Assembly (NCBI RefSeq): GCF_049671765.1
Contig: NZ_JBATVM010000173.1
Location: 326 to 64,325, forward strand
Source: Psychrilyobacter sp.
Lineage (GTDB): Bacteria; Fusobacteriota; Fusobacteriia; Fusobacteriales; Fusobacteriaceae
DNA: 64,000 bases
Reading direction: 5' to 3'
Each line of letters begins with the position of its first letter. Within the stretch, counting starts at the first letter, position 1. The position numbers were made by a program, and so were the translations under genes. The notes below the pieces were generated by a model. The model saw only the letters and a list, made by a program, of their open reading frames with translations. It made no database searches and was not told the origin of the DNA. Below, in pieces: positions 46,543 to 57,004 of this stretch.

Positions 46543-48035
46543 AAAATATATTTAAAAAAATAATTTTATTGATGATATTAATATCTATAATTTCGTGTAA
46601 GAGTGCCGAAATCCAAACAGTTCCAATAAAATCCAAGGCAGAAATAATAGTAAGTGATTTTAGAGAATTACCCCAAATAGAAAATGCTAGCCTTGGGATA
46701 AAAATTGTGAATTTGGAAACTAATAAAACTTTATTTGAATTAAACTCTAACAAATCTTTGGTGCCTGCTTCTAATATGAAATTATTGACAACAGGAGCGG
46801 CATTAGAAGTTTTAGGAGCAGATTATAGATTCAAAACTATTTTAGCTTATGATGGGAAGATTAGATCAGATGGGATTTTAGATGGTAATATCTATATTAT
46901 TGGAGGAGGAGATCCTACTTTAGGCTCTAAATATTTGATTGCAAAAGATCCAAATAGGGTAACAGCAGAGGAAAAAAAGAAACAATTGGAATTTTTAAAT
47001 ACTTGGACAGAAAAAATAAAAAAAATGGGGATAAAAAAGATTAATGGAAAAATAGTTGCAGATTGCTCTTATTATCCTGAAACAACCCTATCTCAAACAT
47101 GGGAATGGGGGGATTTGAGATATACTTTTGCATCAAAACCTAGTGGACTTACTTTTTTAGATAACAGTATTAGGTTGACATTCCAAAAGGATGGTAAAAA
47201 TATTAGGGTAAGAGTATCCCCTTCATGGGTTAATACTGTGGTAACTAATAAAGTTGTAGTAGATGATAAGAAAAGATCTAAAATAACCTTGGTAGTACCT
47301 CCTTATACCAATGAAATAATAGCACTGGGAACTATTAATAAACCTATAACTTCATATAATACAGTGATGCAAGATCCAGCCTCTGCCTTGGGAAGAATAT
47401 TTTCTGAAACTTTAGAAAGAGAAGGTATAAAAAATAATGGAAGTAGGTTAATAGGTAAAAGTGGTAACGAAGTAGGAAAAAGAAATCTTATTTATACCCA
47501 TTATTCTCCTAGATTGGAGGAGATTATAGCTTACACAAATAAATATAGTGTAAATTTATTTGCAGAACATCTAAAAATTGAGATAGAAAAAAAATTAATG
47601 GAAAAAAATAAAGAAACAGAAGAAAATTTTGGTGAAACAATGAAAGCATATTGGAGTAGTCGCATATCTACTAGAGGGCTATATATTTACGACGGAAGTG
47701 GTTTATCTCGTTATGATGGAGTAACGCCTACGATTGTTGTAGAGATCTTAAAATATATGAAAAAATCTGATAATTTTTTGAGTTATTATAATTCTTTAGC
47801 AGAACCTAGAGAGGGTGGAACTTTTGAAAAATTCCAAGAGGAGACAGTTTTAGTAGATAATCTCCATGGGAAAAGTGGGACCCTTACAGGAGTAAAATCT
47901 TATGGGGGATATATGTATAATGTGAATGGAGATCTAATGGCATTTTCCATAATAATAAATCATCATGGGATGAGTGGAAGTGGAATCTCTAAAAAATTAG
48001 AGAAACTAATGGAGAGTATCTATTATTTGAAATAA
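46539..48035 (+). CDS. dacB: D-alanyl-D-alanine carboxypeptidase/endopeptidase (PBP4, S13)
   Basis: PASNMKLLT (SxxK), DGSGLSR (SxN-like) and KSGTLTGV (KTG-like). Confidence 0.85.
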   Translation: MKNIFKKIILLMILISIISCKSAEIQTVPIKSKAEIIVSDFRELPQIENASLGIKIVNLETNKTLFELNSNKSLVPASNMKLLTTGAALEVLGADYRFKTILAYDGKIRSDGILDGNIYIIGGGDPTLGSKYLIAKDPNRVTAEEKKKQLEFLNTWTEKIKKMGIKKINGKIVADCSYYPETTLSQTWEWGDLRYTFASKPSGLTFLDNSIRLTFQKDGKNIRVRVSPSWVNTVVTNKVVVDDKKRSKITLVVPPYTNEIIALGTINKPITSYNTVMQDPASALGRIFSETLEREGIKNNGSRLIGKSGNEVGKRNLIYTHYSPRLEEIIAYTNKYSVNLFAEHLKIEIEKKLMEKNKETEENFGETMKAYWSSRISTRGLYIYDGSGLSRYDGVTPTIVVEILKYMKKSDNFLSYYNSLAEPREGGTFEKFQEETVLVDNLHGKSGTLTGVKSYGGYMYNVNGDLMAFSIIINHHGMSGSGISKKLEKLMESIYYLK

Positions 48036-48182
48036 ATAAAAAAATTCAACACGGAGATACACTAACCTAACTTCAGTGAGTTTCTGTGTTTATAGATTTT
48101 CTTAGTGACATTTTTAGTTATTTTTGGAATGAAGGGGTAATTAATGAATTACCCGTACTATAAATTTTTGGAGGTTATTTTT

Positions 48183-49346
48183 ATGGATAAAAATAAAATT
48201 TTAAAGTTAGCAAAAGGTATATCACCTTGGCTTTCTAAGGTTAGAAAAGACTTTCATATGTATCCAGAACTGGGGATGCAGGAATTTCGTACCCAAAGGA
48301 AAATTTGTGAATATTTGGATGAATTTGGAATATTGCATAAAAAAATGGCAAAGACAGGAGTAGTCGGTGAGATAAAGGGGAAAAATGCATTAAAAACCAT
48401 AGCTCTTAGAGCTGATATTGATGCATTACCTATTTTGGAAAAAAACGATGTTTCTTACAAATCTAAAAATCATGGAGTAATGCATGCATGTGGTCATGAT
48501 GCTCATACTACTATCCTTTTGGGGGTAGCTAAAATACTTAGTGAGCAAAAAGATGAATTAGGAGTAAATATAAGGTTTATATTTCAACCTGCAGAAGAAA
48601 CCGTAGGAGGAGCTGAGCCTATGATTGAAGAGGGGGTTTTAGACGGAGTAGATGCAATATTTGGATTACATGTGAGTTCTCTTATAGAAAAAGGAAGTGT
48701 AGAATATAGATATAAACAGATGAATGCTTCTTCGGATAATATAGAAATCGAGGTTCAAGGGCAGTCTGCCCATGGAGCATATCCTGGAGATGGTGTAGAT
48801 GCAATTGTAATAACCGCTCAATTGATAACAGCTATGCAAACTATAGTTAGTCGGATAGATGCTAGAGACAGTGCAGTGCTAACTATAGGGAAAATAGCTG
48901 GAGGGACAGCTCATAATATAATAGCTGATTCAGTTAAATTAACAGGAACTCTAAGAACTTTAGATCCCAAAGTTAGGGAATTAGTTAAAGAAAAATTAGA
49001 TGTTTTGGTGAATACCCTACCTATCTCAATGGGTGGAAATGGGATATTAAAAATTGGAAAAGGATATTCAGCTCTTATTAATGACGATAAGATGGTGGAG
49101 TTGGTAAAAAAAAATGCAGGAGATATTTTGGGGATAGAAAATGTACTAGAGAAAGAAAAAGCTAATATGGGTGTAGAAGATTTTGGATATTATTTAGAAA
49201 AAATACCAGGAGTATTTTTTAATTTGGGAGTGAAAAATGAAAAAAAAGGAATAATGGCATCGGCTCACAATGAATATTTTGATATAGATGAAGAAGCACT
49301 GCATTTAGGAGTTGCTATTCAAATTTTAAATGTCTTATCGGTATAA
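48183..49346 (+). CDS. M20 family amidohydrolase (N-acyl-amino acid amidohydrolase type)
   Basis: A GGAGG RBS precedes the ATG at 48183. Motifs include RADIDALP, HACGHDAHT and FQPAEE. Confidence 0.85.
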   Translation: MDKNKILKLAKGISPWLSKVRKDFHMYPELGMQEFRTQRKICEYLDEFGILHKKMAKTGVVGEIKGKNALKTIALRADIDALPILEKNDVSYKSKNHGVMHACGHDAHTTILLGVAKILSEQKDELGVNIRFIFQPAEETVGGAEPMIEEGVLDGVDAIFGLHVSSLIEKGSVEYRYKQMNASSDNIEIEVQGQSAHGAYPGDGVDAIVITAQLITAMQTIVSRIDARDSAVLTIGKIAGGTAHNIIADSVKLTGTLRTLDPKVRELVKEKLDVLVNTLPISMGGNGILKIGKGYSALINDDKMVELVKKNAGDILGIENVLEKEKANMGVEDFGYYLEKIPGVFFNLGVKNEKKGIMASAHNEYFDIDEEALHLGVAIQILNVLSV

Positions 49347-49408
49347 ATTTTATGAAAAAAAATTTTAAAAAAAGATATCAAAAGCAATATTGCTTTTGAT
49401 ATCTTTTT

Positions 49409-49948
49409 TTAAAATGCAGGAGGATTAGATACCCATAAAACTTTAACTATATTTTTTCCTGCATTAGAAATATAGTGGTTTTTTCTAGATTTATAATAAA
49501 ATGATTCCCCTTTACGGGCCTTATATATTTTTTCTCCTAAATGAATTAAGACAGTTCCACTGAGGACATACCCAAATTCTTCACCTTCATGGGGGAGTTC
49601 TTCTTTATATCGGCCTCCCTCTTCTATAGTTATAAGAATAGGTTCCATTTGATTTTTTTGTGCATTAGGGATGATCCATTCGATCTTATATTTTAATTCT
49701 TCATCGATATTTTCAAAGATATCTTCCTGTTTAAAGACAATTTTTTCATCCTCATTTTCATTAAAGAAATCTTTGAGGTTTGTGCCTAATCCTTCGAGTA
49801 TATCTATTAGGGTAGTTATAGATGGAGAGGTAAGATCTCTCTCTACTTGGGATATAAAACCTTTGGATAGTTCACATCTCATAGCGAGTTCATCTTGAGT
49901 GAGAAATTTTTCCTGTCTAAGTCTTTTAATTTTTTTGCCTATATCCAT
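49409..49948 (-). CDS. XRE-family HTH + cupin domain transcriptional regulator (PuuR-like architecture)
   Basis: N-terminal HTH IKRLRQEKFLTQDELAMRCELSKGFISQVERD and a C-terminal cupin domain (HEGEEFGYVLSG). It is divergent from potA. Confidence 0.8.
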   Translation of the reverse strand: MDIGKKIKRLRQEKFLTQDELAMRCELSKGFISQVERDLTSPSITTLIDILEGLGTNLKDFFNENEDEKIVFKQEDIFENIDEELKYKIEWIIPNAQKNQMEPILITIEEGGRYKEELPHEGEEFGYVLSGTVLIHLGEKIYKARKGESFYYKSRKNHYISNAGKNIVKVLWVSNPPAF

Positions 49949-50013
49949 TTTGTACTCCCTTATATTTATTTAAAACCATTTAATATTATAGCTCGATATA
50001 TGAAAAAAATCAA

Positions 50014-50100
50014 TTGACAAAGTCTAATTTTTTTTATAAAATATAATGCTAGGTGTTTAGTAATACTATTTTTATAAACGTATTATATAAAACATAAAAC
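50014..50100 (+). promoter_or_regulatory. pot operon promoter (TTGACA, 17 nt spacer, TAAAAT) plus conserved leader block shared with the spe operon
   Basis: See findings. The -35 context AATTGACAAAGT is identical in both operons, the -10-to-block spacing is the same 12 nt, and 34/46 nt of the block are identical to 54057-54102. Confidence 0.55.
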
Positions 50101-50181
50101 AGTAATAACTTAAGATATTAAATTTAGTGTATTTTATTTAAAATTAAAGCTGTTAAAATTAATATAGCAAGGAGAAATGTT

Positions 50182-51297
50182 ATGAAACAAGGGAATATAA
50201 AAATTAGTTCTATATCTAAGTCTTTTGACGGAATAGAAGTACTAAAAAATATTAGTTTTGAGATTAAAGATGGAGAATTTTTTTCTATTTTAGGAGGATC
50301 TGGATGTGGAAAGACCACTCTTCTTAGGATGATAGCAGGGTTTATAGATGCTGATGGCGGAGCTATATATTTAGGAAAAGATGAGATTACCCATCTTAGC
50401 CCAGATAAAAGAGATGTTAATACGATATTTCAAACCTATGCATTATTTCCTCATCTGACAATCTATGAAAATATAGCATTTCCATTGCGATTAAAAAAAA
50501 TAAAGGACACAGAGATAGATAGAGAGGTAAAAAAATATTTGGAGATGGTAAAATTATCTGAACATGCAAATAAATATTCATCTCAACTATCAGGAGGTCA
50601 AAAACAAAGGGTTGCAATAGCTCGTGCATTAATTAATAAACCAAAAGTTTTACTCCTAGATGAACCACTGTCTGCACTAGATGCAAAACTTAGACAGCAT
50701 ATGCTCATAGAGTTAGATAATATCCATGAGGAAGTCGGAATTACATTTGTATTTGTTACCCATGATCAGCAAGAAGCTCTGAGTATATCCGATAGAATAG
50801 CAGTAATGAAAGATGGAGAGGTTCTTCAGATAGGAACTCCTAATGAGATCTATGAGAGTCCAGCTAATGCATATGTAGCTAACTTTATTGGTGAAACTAA
50901 TTTTATCGAGGGTGAAGTTGTTGAGGTAGAAGAGGAATTTGGATATTTAGAATCACCGAACTATGGAAGGATAAAATTTGAGTTAGATAAAGAAGTTGAG
51001 ATAGGAAATTTTGTAAAATTAACTATCAGACCTGAAAAAGTAAAAATATCTAAATCAAAACCTAGATATTTAGATGATAATGATAATATATTAAATGGAA
51101 AGATTGAAGAGATGATCTATTCAGGATTTCAAAGTAAATTTTTTGTAACTATAGAAGGCAGTTTAGGAGATAAGTTATTTAGTGCATTTAAACAACATGT
51201 AGATTTCTTTGAGGGAGATGCAGAAAGTATTCATTGGAAAGATGAGGTTTATGTCATTTGGGATTCAGCTGATAGTTTCCTATTAGAGGTGATGTAG
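50182..51297 (+). CDS. potA: Spermidine/putrescine ABC transporter ATP-binding protein PotA
   Basis: Walker A GGSGCGKTT, LSGGQKQR, LLLDEP and a C-terminal TOBE-like domain. Confidence 0.9.
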   Translation: MKQGNIKISSISKSFDGIEVLKNISFEIKDGEFFSILGGSGCGKTTLLRMIAGFIDADGGAIYLGKDEITHLSPDKRDVNTIFQTYALFPHLTIYENIAFPLRLKKIKDTEIDREVKKYLEMVKLSEHANKYSSQLSGGQKQRVAIARALINKPKVLLLDEPLSALDAKLRQHMLIELDNIHEEVGITFVFVTHDQQEALSISDRIAVMKDGEVLQIGTPNEIYESPANAYVANFIGETNFIEGEVVEVEEEFGYLESPNYGRIKFELDKEVEIGNFVKLTIRPEKVKISKSKPRYLDDNDNILNGKIEEMIYSGFQSKFFVTIEGSLGDKLFSAFKQHVDFFEGDAESIHWKDEVYVIWDSADSFLLEVM

Positions 51298-52134
51298 ATG
51301 AAAAATCAAAGAAGTGGTTTAATCTATTCAACTCCTATAACTCTTTGGTTAACCTTATTATTCGTGGCTCCTACATTGATAGTTATAGTTTACAGCTTTT
51401 TAAAAAAAGGGATCTATGGTGGCGTAGAGTGGATCTTTTCAGTAGATGGATATAATTTTTTTAGTAGCTCATATTTTTTAAAAGTAGTCTGGAATACAAT
51501 AGAAATTTCTGTAATTGCTACTGTAATTACAGTCTTAATAGCTATACCAACGGCTCTTTATATAGCTACATCAAAGTATAAAAACTTTTTATTGTTTTTA
51601 ATAATAGTTCCATTTTGGACAAATTTCTTAATAAGGGTCTATTCATGGATAGCTCTTCTTGGAAATAATGGATTGTTAAATAATCTTTTAATGAAACTAG
51701 GATTAGAGCCACATCAGTTTATTTATAATAAATTTGCAGTAATATTAGTAAGTGTTTACGCATATCTACCCTATGCGATCTTACCTCTATATTCTGCCAT
51801 AGAAAAATTTGATTTTGCAATAATTGATGCAGCAAGAGATTTAGGAGCTAGTAAGATGAAGGCGTATACAAAAACATTTTTACCTAACATAAAACCAGGG
51901 GTTGTAACAGCTACATTATTTACATTTATACCGGCATTGGGATCTTATGCTATCCCAAAATTAGTTGGAGGTAATGATTCTCAAATGCTAGGAAATATAA
52001 TAGCTAGAGAACTTACAATTACGAGGAATTGGCCTAAAGCAGCAGCAATTTCAACAATTTTAACAATAATAACAGTAATTTTTATCGTCGTTTTATCAAA
52101 ATATGATAAAGATCATAAGGGAGGGAAAGTATAA
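51298..52134 (+). CDS. potB: Spermidine/putrescine ABC transporter permease PotB
   Basis: 278 aa permease with EAA loop DAARDLGASKMKAY. Confidence 0.85.
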   Translation: MKNQRSGLIYSTPITLWLTLLFVAPTLIVIVYSFLKKGIYGGVEWIFSVDGYNFFSSSYFLKVVWNTIEISVIATVITVLIAIPTALYIATSKYKNFLLFLIIVPFWTNFLIRVYSWIALLGNNGLLNNLLMKLGLEPHQFIYNKFAVILVSVYAYLPYAILPLYSAIEKFDFAIIDAARDLGASKMKAYTKTFLPNIKPGVVTATLFTFIPALGSYAIPKLVGGNDSQMLGNIIARELTITRNWPKAAAISTILTIITVIFIVVLSKYDKDHKGGKV

Positions 52135-52136
52135 AT

Positions 52137-52910
52137 ATGAATAAAAAGAAGTTTTCACTAAATATATTTATATTAACTTTAATATTTTTATATCTTCCTT
52201 TGGTAGTTTTGATCGTTCAATCTTTTAATTCTGGTATGGGAATAGCATGGGATGGTTTTTCTCTCAAATGGTATGATGAATTATTTAATCATTCTGCAAG
52301 ATTATGGCAGTCTTTTAGGTATAGTATTTTAATTGCGTTAACTTCAGCTATTATATCTACAGCAATAGGAACTTTAGGAGCAATATCGCTACAATGGTAT
52401 AGTTTTAAACATAAAAAATATCTTCAAGTAATATCTTATCTGCCCTTAGTTCTGCCAGACATAATAATGGGGGTATCTCTACTAATTTTATTTACAAGTA
52501 TAAAGTTTAAATTGGGATTAATGAGTATATTTTTAGCCCACACAACATTTAATATTCCCTTTGTACTATTTATAGTGTTATCTAGGTTATATGATTTTGA
52601 TTATTCCATAGTTGAAGCGGCATATGATCTTGGAGCTACTGAAAAACAAGCTCTTACCAAGATAATATTACCTAACCTTATGCCAGGGATAATATCTGGG
52701 CTTTTAATGTCTATTACCCTGTCATTGGATGATTTTGTAATAACGTTTTTTGTAGCAGGACCAGGTTCTTCGACCTTGCCACTACACATCTATTCAATGA
52801 TTAAGTTTGGAGTTTCACCAATTATAAATGCATTATCAGTGATACTGATTGCAGGAACGATAGCGCTAGCTATGTCAACGAAAAAAATACAAAAATATAT
52901 GGTAAATTAA
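52137..52910 (+). CDS. potC: Spermidine/putrescine ABC transporter permease PotC
   Basis: 257 aa permease with EAA loop EAAYDLGATEKQAL. Confidence 0.85.
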   Translation: MNKKKFSLNIFILTLIFLYLPLVVLIVQSFNSGMGIAWDGFSLKWYDELFNHSARLWQSFRYSILIALTSAIISTAIGTLGAISLQWYSFKHKKYLQVISYLPLVLPDIIMGVSLLILFTSIKFKLGLMSIFLAHTTFNIPFVLFIVLSRLYDFDYSIVEAAYDLGATEKQALTKIILPNLMPGIISGLLMSITLSLDDFVITFFVAGPGSSTLPLHIYSMIKFGVSPIINALSVILIAGTIALAMSTKKIQKYMVN

Positions 52911-52925
52911 AAAAAGGAGGAGAAA

Positions 52926-53945
52926 ATGAAAAAAAGTATTGTTTTTATTTTAATGTTATTAGTCTTGGTAGGTTGTGGAAAAGAGGAACAAAAAAATGAG
53001 TTATATTTATTTAACTGGTCAGACTATATTCCAAATGAAGTGATTACTGATTTTGAAACTGAAACTGGGATAAAAGTTATAACTGATTACTATTCTTCTA
53101 ATGAAGAGATGTATGCAAAGATAAAGGCTGGAGGAAATGGTTATGATATAACAGTCCCATCTACTGACTATGCAGAGATTATGATGAAACAAGGTATGCT
53201 AGAAAAAATAGACAAATCTAAAATTCCGAATTTAAAGGAACTGAATGAAGAGATAGGTTCAAAGATTAGTTTTGATAAAAATCATGATTATATAATTCCA
53301 TATTCTGTAGGAGCAACTGGAATAGCTGTAAATACAAAATATGTAAAAGATTTTGAAAGATCATTTGACATATATAACAGAAAAGATTTAAAGGGGAAGA
53401 TGACTCTTTTAGATGATATGAGAGAAGTTATGTCTAGTGCTTTAATCATTGCAGGACATTCACCAGAATCTTCTGATCCGCAAGATTTAGCAGACGCTCA
53501 AAAAATCATCTTAGGATGGAAGGAAAATATTTTAAGATTTGACAGTGAAAGTTTTGGAAAAGGATTCACAAATGGTGAGTATTTAGTAGTGCATGGTTAC
53601 TATGAAAATATAGTAGCTCATATGACTGATGAACAGGCTGAAAATATGGTGTTTTTCATACCTGAAAAGGGAGCTCAAATGTATATAGACAGTATGACTA
53701 TACTAAAGGGAGCTAAAAATATTGAAAATGCTTATAAATTTATAAATTATATTTATAGACCAGAAGTGTATGTAAAAATTGTGGATTATTTAGAAACTCC
53801 GTCTATAAATATAGGAGCAAATAAACTCAGAGAAACTAAACCTGTATATGACGTAGAAGATCTAAAAGATGCTTATCTTATGAAAGATTTAGGAGAAGCA
53901 TTAGCTCCTCAAAGTGAAGTTTGGAATGAGATTTTAACTCAATAA
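52926..53945 (+). CDS. potD: Spermidine/putrescine-binding lipoprotein PotD
   Basis: Lipobox LVGC. LYLFNWSDYIP and the YSSNEEMYAKIKAGG pattern are typical of PotD/PotF. Confidence 0.88.
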   Translation: MKKSIVFILMLLVLVGCGKEEQKNELYLFNWSDYIPNEVITDFETETGIKVITDYYSSNEEMYAKIKAGGNGYDITVPSTDYAEIMMKQGMLEKIDKSKIPNLKELNEEIGSKISFDKNHDYIIPYSVGATGIAVNTKYVKDFERSFDIYNRKDLKGKMTLLDDMREVMSSALIIAGHSPESSDPQDLADAQKIILGWKENILRFDSESFGKGFTNGEYLVVHGYYENIVAHMTDEQAENMVFFIPEKGAQMYIDSMTILKGAKNIENAYKFINYIYRPEVYVKIVDYLETPSINIGANKLRETKPVYDVEDLKDAYLMKDLGEALAPQSEVWNEILTQ

Positions 53946-53953
53946 AAAACAAG

Positions 53954-53990
53954 AAAAATCGTAGATGATTAAAATTATCTACGATTTTTT
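53954..53990. terminator. Bidirectional-type intrinsic terminator after potD
   Basis: Perfect 13-bp stem AAAAATCGTAGAT/ATCTACGATTTTT followed by a T-run. Confidence 0.8.
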
Positions 53991-54015
53991 AATACGATTT
54001 TTTAGAAAAAATAAA

Positions 54016-54102
54016 TTGACAAAGTTTTATTATATATATATAATAAATTGAAAAAAGTTTAATAATACTGTTTTTCAAAGAGCTATATATGAAACATAAA
54101 AA
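54016..54102 (+). promoter_or_regulatory. spe operon promoter (TTGACA, 17 nt spacer, TATAAT) plus conserved leader block shared with the pot operon
   Basis: Same architecture as 50014-50100. Confidence 0.55.
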
Positions 54103-54238
54103 TTAAAAGAATAGAGTTTTTAATTTGTAATTCATAATAAAAAAATAAAAAAATATTGCTCTCTCAAATTTTTGAAAGAACAATATTTTTTTAGGAAAAA
54201 GGTTTAGTATCAGTAAACTTTGAATACAGGGGGGGATC

Positions 54239-55693
54239 ATGCAAAACAAGACACCACTCTTCGATGCATTAAAAAACTATCATAAAACAGAGGTAGTATC
54301 TTTTGATGTTCCGGGGCATAAAAAAAGGTTTCAAAATGAATTTTCTGATTATATAGGTCATAAAATAATAGAGTTAGACACCAATTCCATGAAGGAATTG
54401 GATATATTAAATAATCCAACTGGAGTAATAAGGGAAGCTCATCAATTGATGGCACATGCTTATAGTGCAGATGAAGCTTTTTTCCTGGTTAATGGTACGA
54501 CTTCTGGGATACAGACAATGGTTATGAGTGCCTGTAATCCTGGGGATAAAATAATTCTGCCTAGAAATGTTCATAAAAGTGCTATCAATGCACTTATTTT
54601 AAGTGGAGCTACCCCAATTTATATAGATCCTGAAGTAGATGAAACTTTGGGAATAAGTTTAGGAGTAAATATAAAAAAAATAAAAGAAGCTGTGATAAAA
54701 GATCCAGATATTAAGGCAGTATTTATAATTAACCCTACATATTATGGTGCAGTATCTAATTTAAAAGAAATTATAAAATTTTGTCATAAAGAAGAAATAG
54801 TAGTCTTAGTGGATGAAGCTCATGGGGCACACTTTCCATTTCATGATAATTTCCCTGAAAATGCAATGGTTCTCGGAGCGGATATGTCTGCAATAAGCAT
54901 ACATAAAACAGGAGGATCCCTAACTCAAAGTTCGGTACTCCTTTTAAAAAATGGTCTTATAAATAAGCAAAGGGTAAAGAGGATGTTAAATTTAACTCAG
55001 ACTACAAGCGCTTCTTACCTTTTAATGACTAGTTTAGATGTAGCTAGAAAAACTTTGGTTATAGAAGGAAAGGAGATTTTTACCAATCTTTTAGATATGA
55101 TATCTAAATTTAGAGAAAAGTTAAATTCTATTCAAGGAATAAGGTGCTTCAAATCAATATTATCGGATAAACTCTATAATTTTGATGAGACTAAGATAGG
55201 TATAAATCTTCATGGCCTTGGACTCACTGGTTTTGAAGGTTATGACATATTAAGAGAAAAATATAACATCCAAATGGAGTTAGCTGATACCCATAATATA
55301 CTCGGAATAGCTAGTATAGGAGATGTATGGGAAGATTATCAAAAACTCATAGATGCTCTAGAAGAGATGGCAAAAGATCATAAAAGAGATAATAAGGGAA
55401 TTAATAAAACAATAGATTTTAATGAACTTGAAAGTCCTGAACTGGTAGTATCTCCTAGAGATGCTTTCTATTCAGAAACAGAAAGTATTCCATTAGAAAA
55501 AGCTATTGGAAGGGTAAGTGGGGAGTCAATTATGGTATATCCTCCAGGAATTCCACTCCTAATTCAAGGGGAAAAAATTTCTAAAGATTTGATAGATCAT
55601 ATATTTTTTTTAAAGGAACAAAAAGCTGTTATAACTGGAATGGACGATAAAACATTGAATAATATAAGTATTTTAAAAGGAGAAATAGAATAA
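54239..55693 (+). CDS. speA: Orn/Lys/Arg decarboxylase family PLP enzyme (probable arginine decarboxylase, Bacillus SpeA type)
   Basis: 484 aa with the PLP-lysine context SIHKTGGSLTQSS. It shares an operon with agmatinase, SAM decarboxylase and spermidine synthase. The substrate assignment is inferred from this context. Confidence 0.7.
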   Translation: MQNKTPLFDALKNYHKTEVVSFDVPGHKKRFQNEFSDYIGHKIIELDTNSMKELDILNNPTGVIREAHQLMAHAYSADEAFFLVNGTTSGIQTMVMSACNPGDKIILPRNVHKSAINALILSGATPIYIDPEVDETLGISLGVNIKKIKEAVIKDPDIKAVFIINPTYYGAVSNLKEIIKFCHKEEIVVLVDEAHGAHFPFHDNFPENAMVLGADMSAISIHKTGGSLTQSSVLLLKNGLINKQRVKRMLNLTQTTSASYLLMTSLDVARKTLVIEGKEIFTNLLDMISKFREKLNSIQGIRCFKSILSDKLYNFDETKIGINLHGLGLTGFEGYDILREKYNIQMELADTHNILGIASIGDVWEDYQKLIDALEEMAKDHKRDNKGINKTIDFNELESPELVVSPRDAFYSETESIPLEKAIGRVSGESIMVYPPGIPLLIQGEKISKDLIDHIFFLKEQKAVITGMDDKTLNNISILKGEIE

Positions 55694-56127
55694 TGAGATT
55701 AGAAACTTTAGGCAGACATATTTTAATAGAATTTTATAACTGTAATGAAGATATATTAGCGAGTCCAGAACTTATTGAAAAACATATGAATAAGGCAGCT
55801 AAGATAGCCAATGCTACTATAGTGAACTCAGTATTTCATCACTTTAATCCTTATGGAGTATCTGGAGCTGTGATTATCTCTGAATCTCATTTGGCTATTC
55901 ATACTTGGCCAGAATATGGATATGCTGCAGTAGATGTATTTACGTGTGGAGACAAGATAAATCCGTGGATAGCTTTTGATTTTTTAGAGGATGTATTTAA
56001 AGCAGATAGAAGTGAATCTATGGAAATTCCTAGGGGAATGGTAGAAAAGATAAGAAAATTTCATCCTGAACAACTAGGAAAGGTAACTTTTAAGCCGGAA
56101 GAAAATCAAGAAGTAGTTAATTATTAA
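55693..56127 (+). CDS. speD: S-adenosylmethionine decarboxylase proenzyme (class 1A)
   Basis: Self-processing motif ISESHLAIHTWPEYGYAAVDVFTCG. Confidence 0.9.
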   Translation: MRLETLGRHILIEFYNCNEDILASPELIEKHMNKAAKIANATIVNSVFHHFNPYGVSGAVIISESHLAIHTWPEYGYAAVDVFTCGDKINPWIAFDFLEDVFKADRSESMEIPRGMVEKIRKFHPEQLGKVTFKPEENQEVVNY

Positions 56128-56146
56128 ATAGAATTAGGAGGAAATT

Positions 56147-57004
56147 ATGTTAGATTTATGGTATACAGAAAATTGGACAGAAAACACAAAATTTTCAATT
56201 AAGGTGAAAAAACATCTTCATAGTGAGATGAGTAAATTTCAAAAAATAGATTTTTTTGAATCGGAAGAATACGGGAAATTCTTTACTTTAGACGGTCTAA
56301 TGATGGTGACAGAAAAAGATGAGTTTATCTATCACGATATGATTACTCATATAGCCATGGCAACTAATCCAAAGATAAAAAAAGTGTTGGTAATTGGAGC
56401 TGGAGACGGTGGGACTGTTAGAGAATTAACTAGATATAAAAATATAGAAAAGATAGACATGGTAGAGATAGATGAAAGAGTGGTGAGATTATCTCAACAA
56501 TTTTTACCTATTACAGCTGAAAAATTAGATGATCCTAGAGTAACTATGTACTTTGAAGATGGATTAAAATTTGTAGAAGGTACAAAAACAGGGAAATATG
56601 ACCTAATTTTAGTAGATTCTACTGATCCGATATCTGTAGGAGAGGGATTATTCACAACAGGATTTTATAATAATTGTTTTAGAGTGTTAAGAGAGGAAGG
56701 GATCTTAGTAAATCAGCATGAATCTCCATATTTTGAAAATTTTTCAAAAGAGATGCAAAAAGCTCATAAAAAAATATTGAATACTTTTCCAATCGCAAAA
56801 GTATATCAATTTCATCAACCAACTTATCCTTCAGGACATTGGTTATTTGGATTTGCGTCTAAAAAATTCGATCCAATAAAGGATCATAATTCAGAAGAAT
56901 GGGAAAAATTAAATATAAAAACTAAATATTATAATTCAGAACTACATAGAGGGTGTTTTGCACTACCAAATTATGTTAAGGAGATGTTAGAAATTGAAAA
57001 ATAA
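56147..57004 (+). CDS. speE: Spermidine synthase
   Basis: VLVIGAGDGGTVREL and ILVDSTDP motifs. Confidence 0.9.
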   Translation: MLDLWYTENWTENTKFSIKVKKHLHSEMSKFQKIDFFESEEYGKFFTLDGLMMVTEKDEFIYHDMITHIAMATNPKIKKVLVIGAGDGGTVRELTRYKNIEKIDMVEIDERVVRLSQQFLPITAEKLDDPRVTMYFEDGLKFVEGTKTGKYDLILVDSTDPISVGEGLFTTGFYNNCFRVLREEGILVNQHESPYFENFSKEMQKAHKKILNTFPIAKVYQFHQPTYPSGHWLFGFASKKFDPIKDHNSEEWEKLNIKTKYYNSELHRGCFALPNYVKEMLEIEK

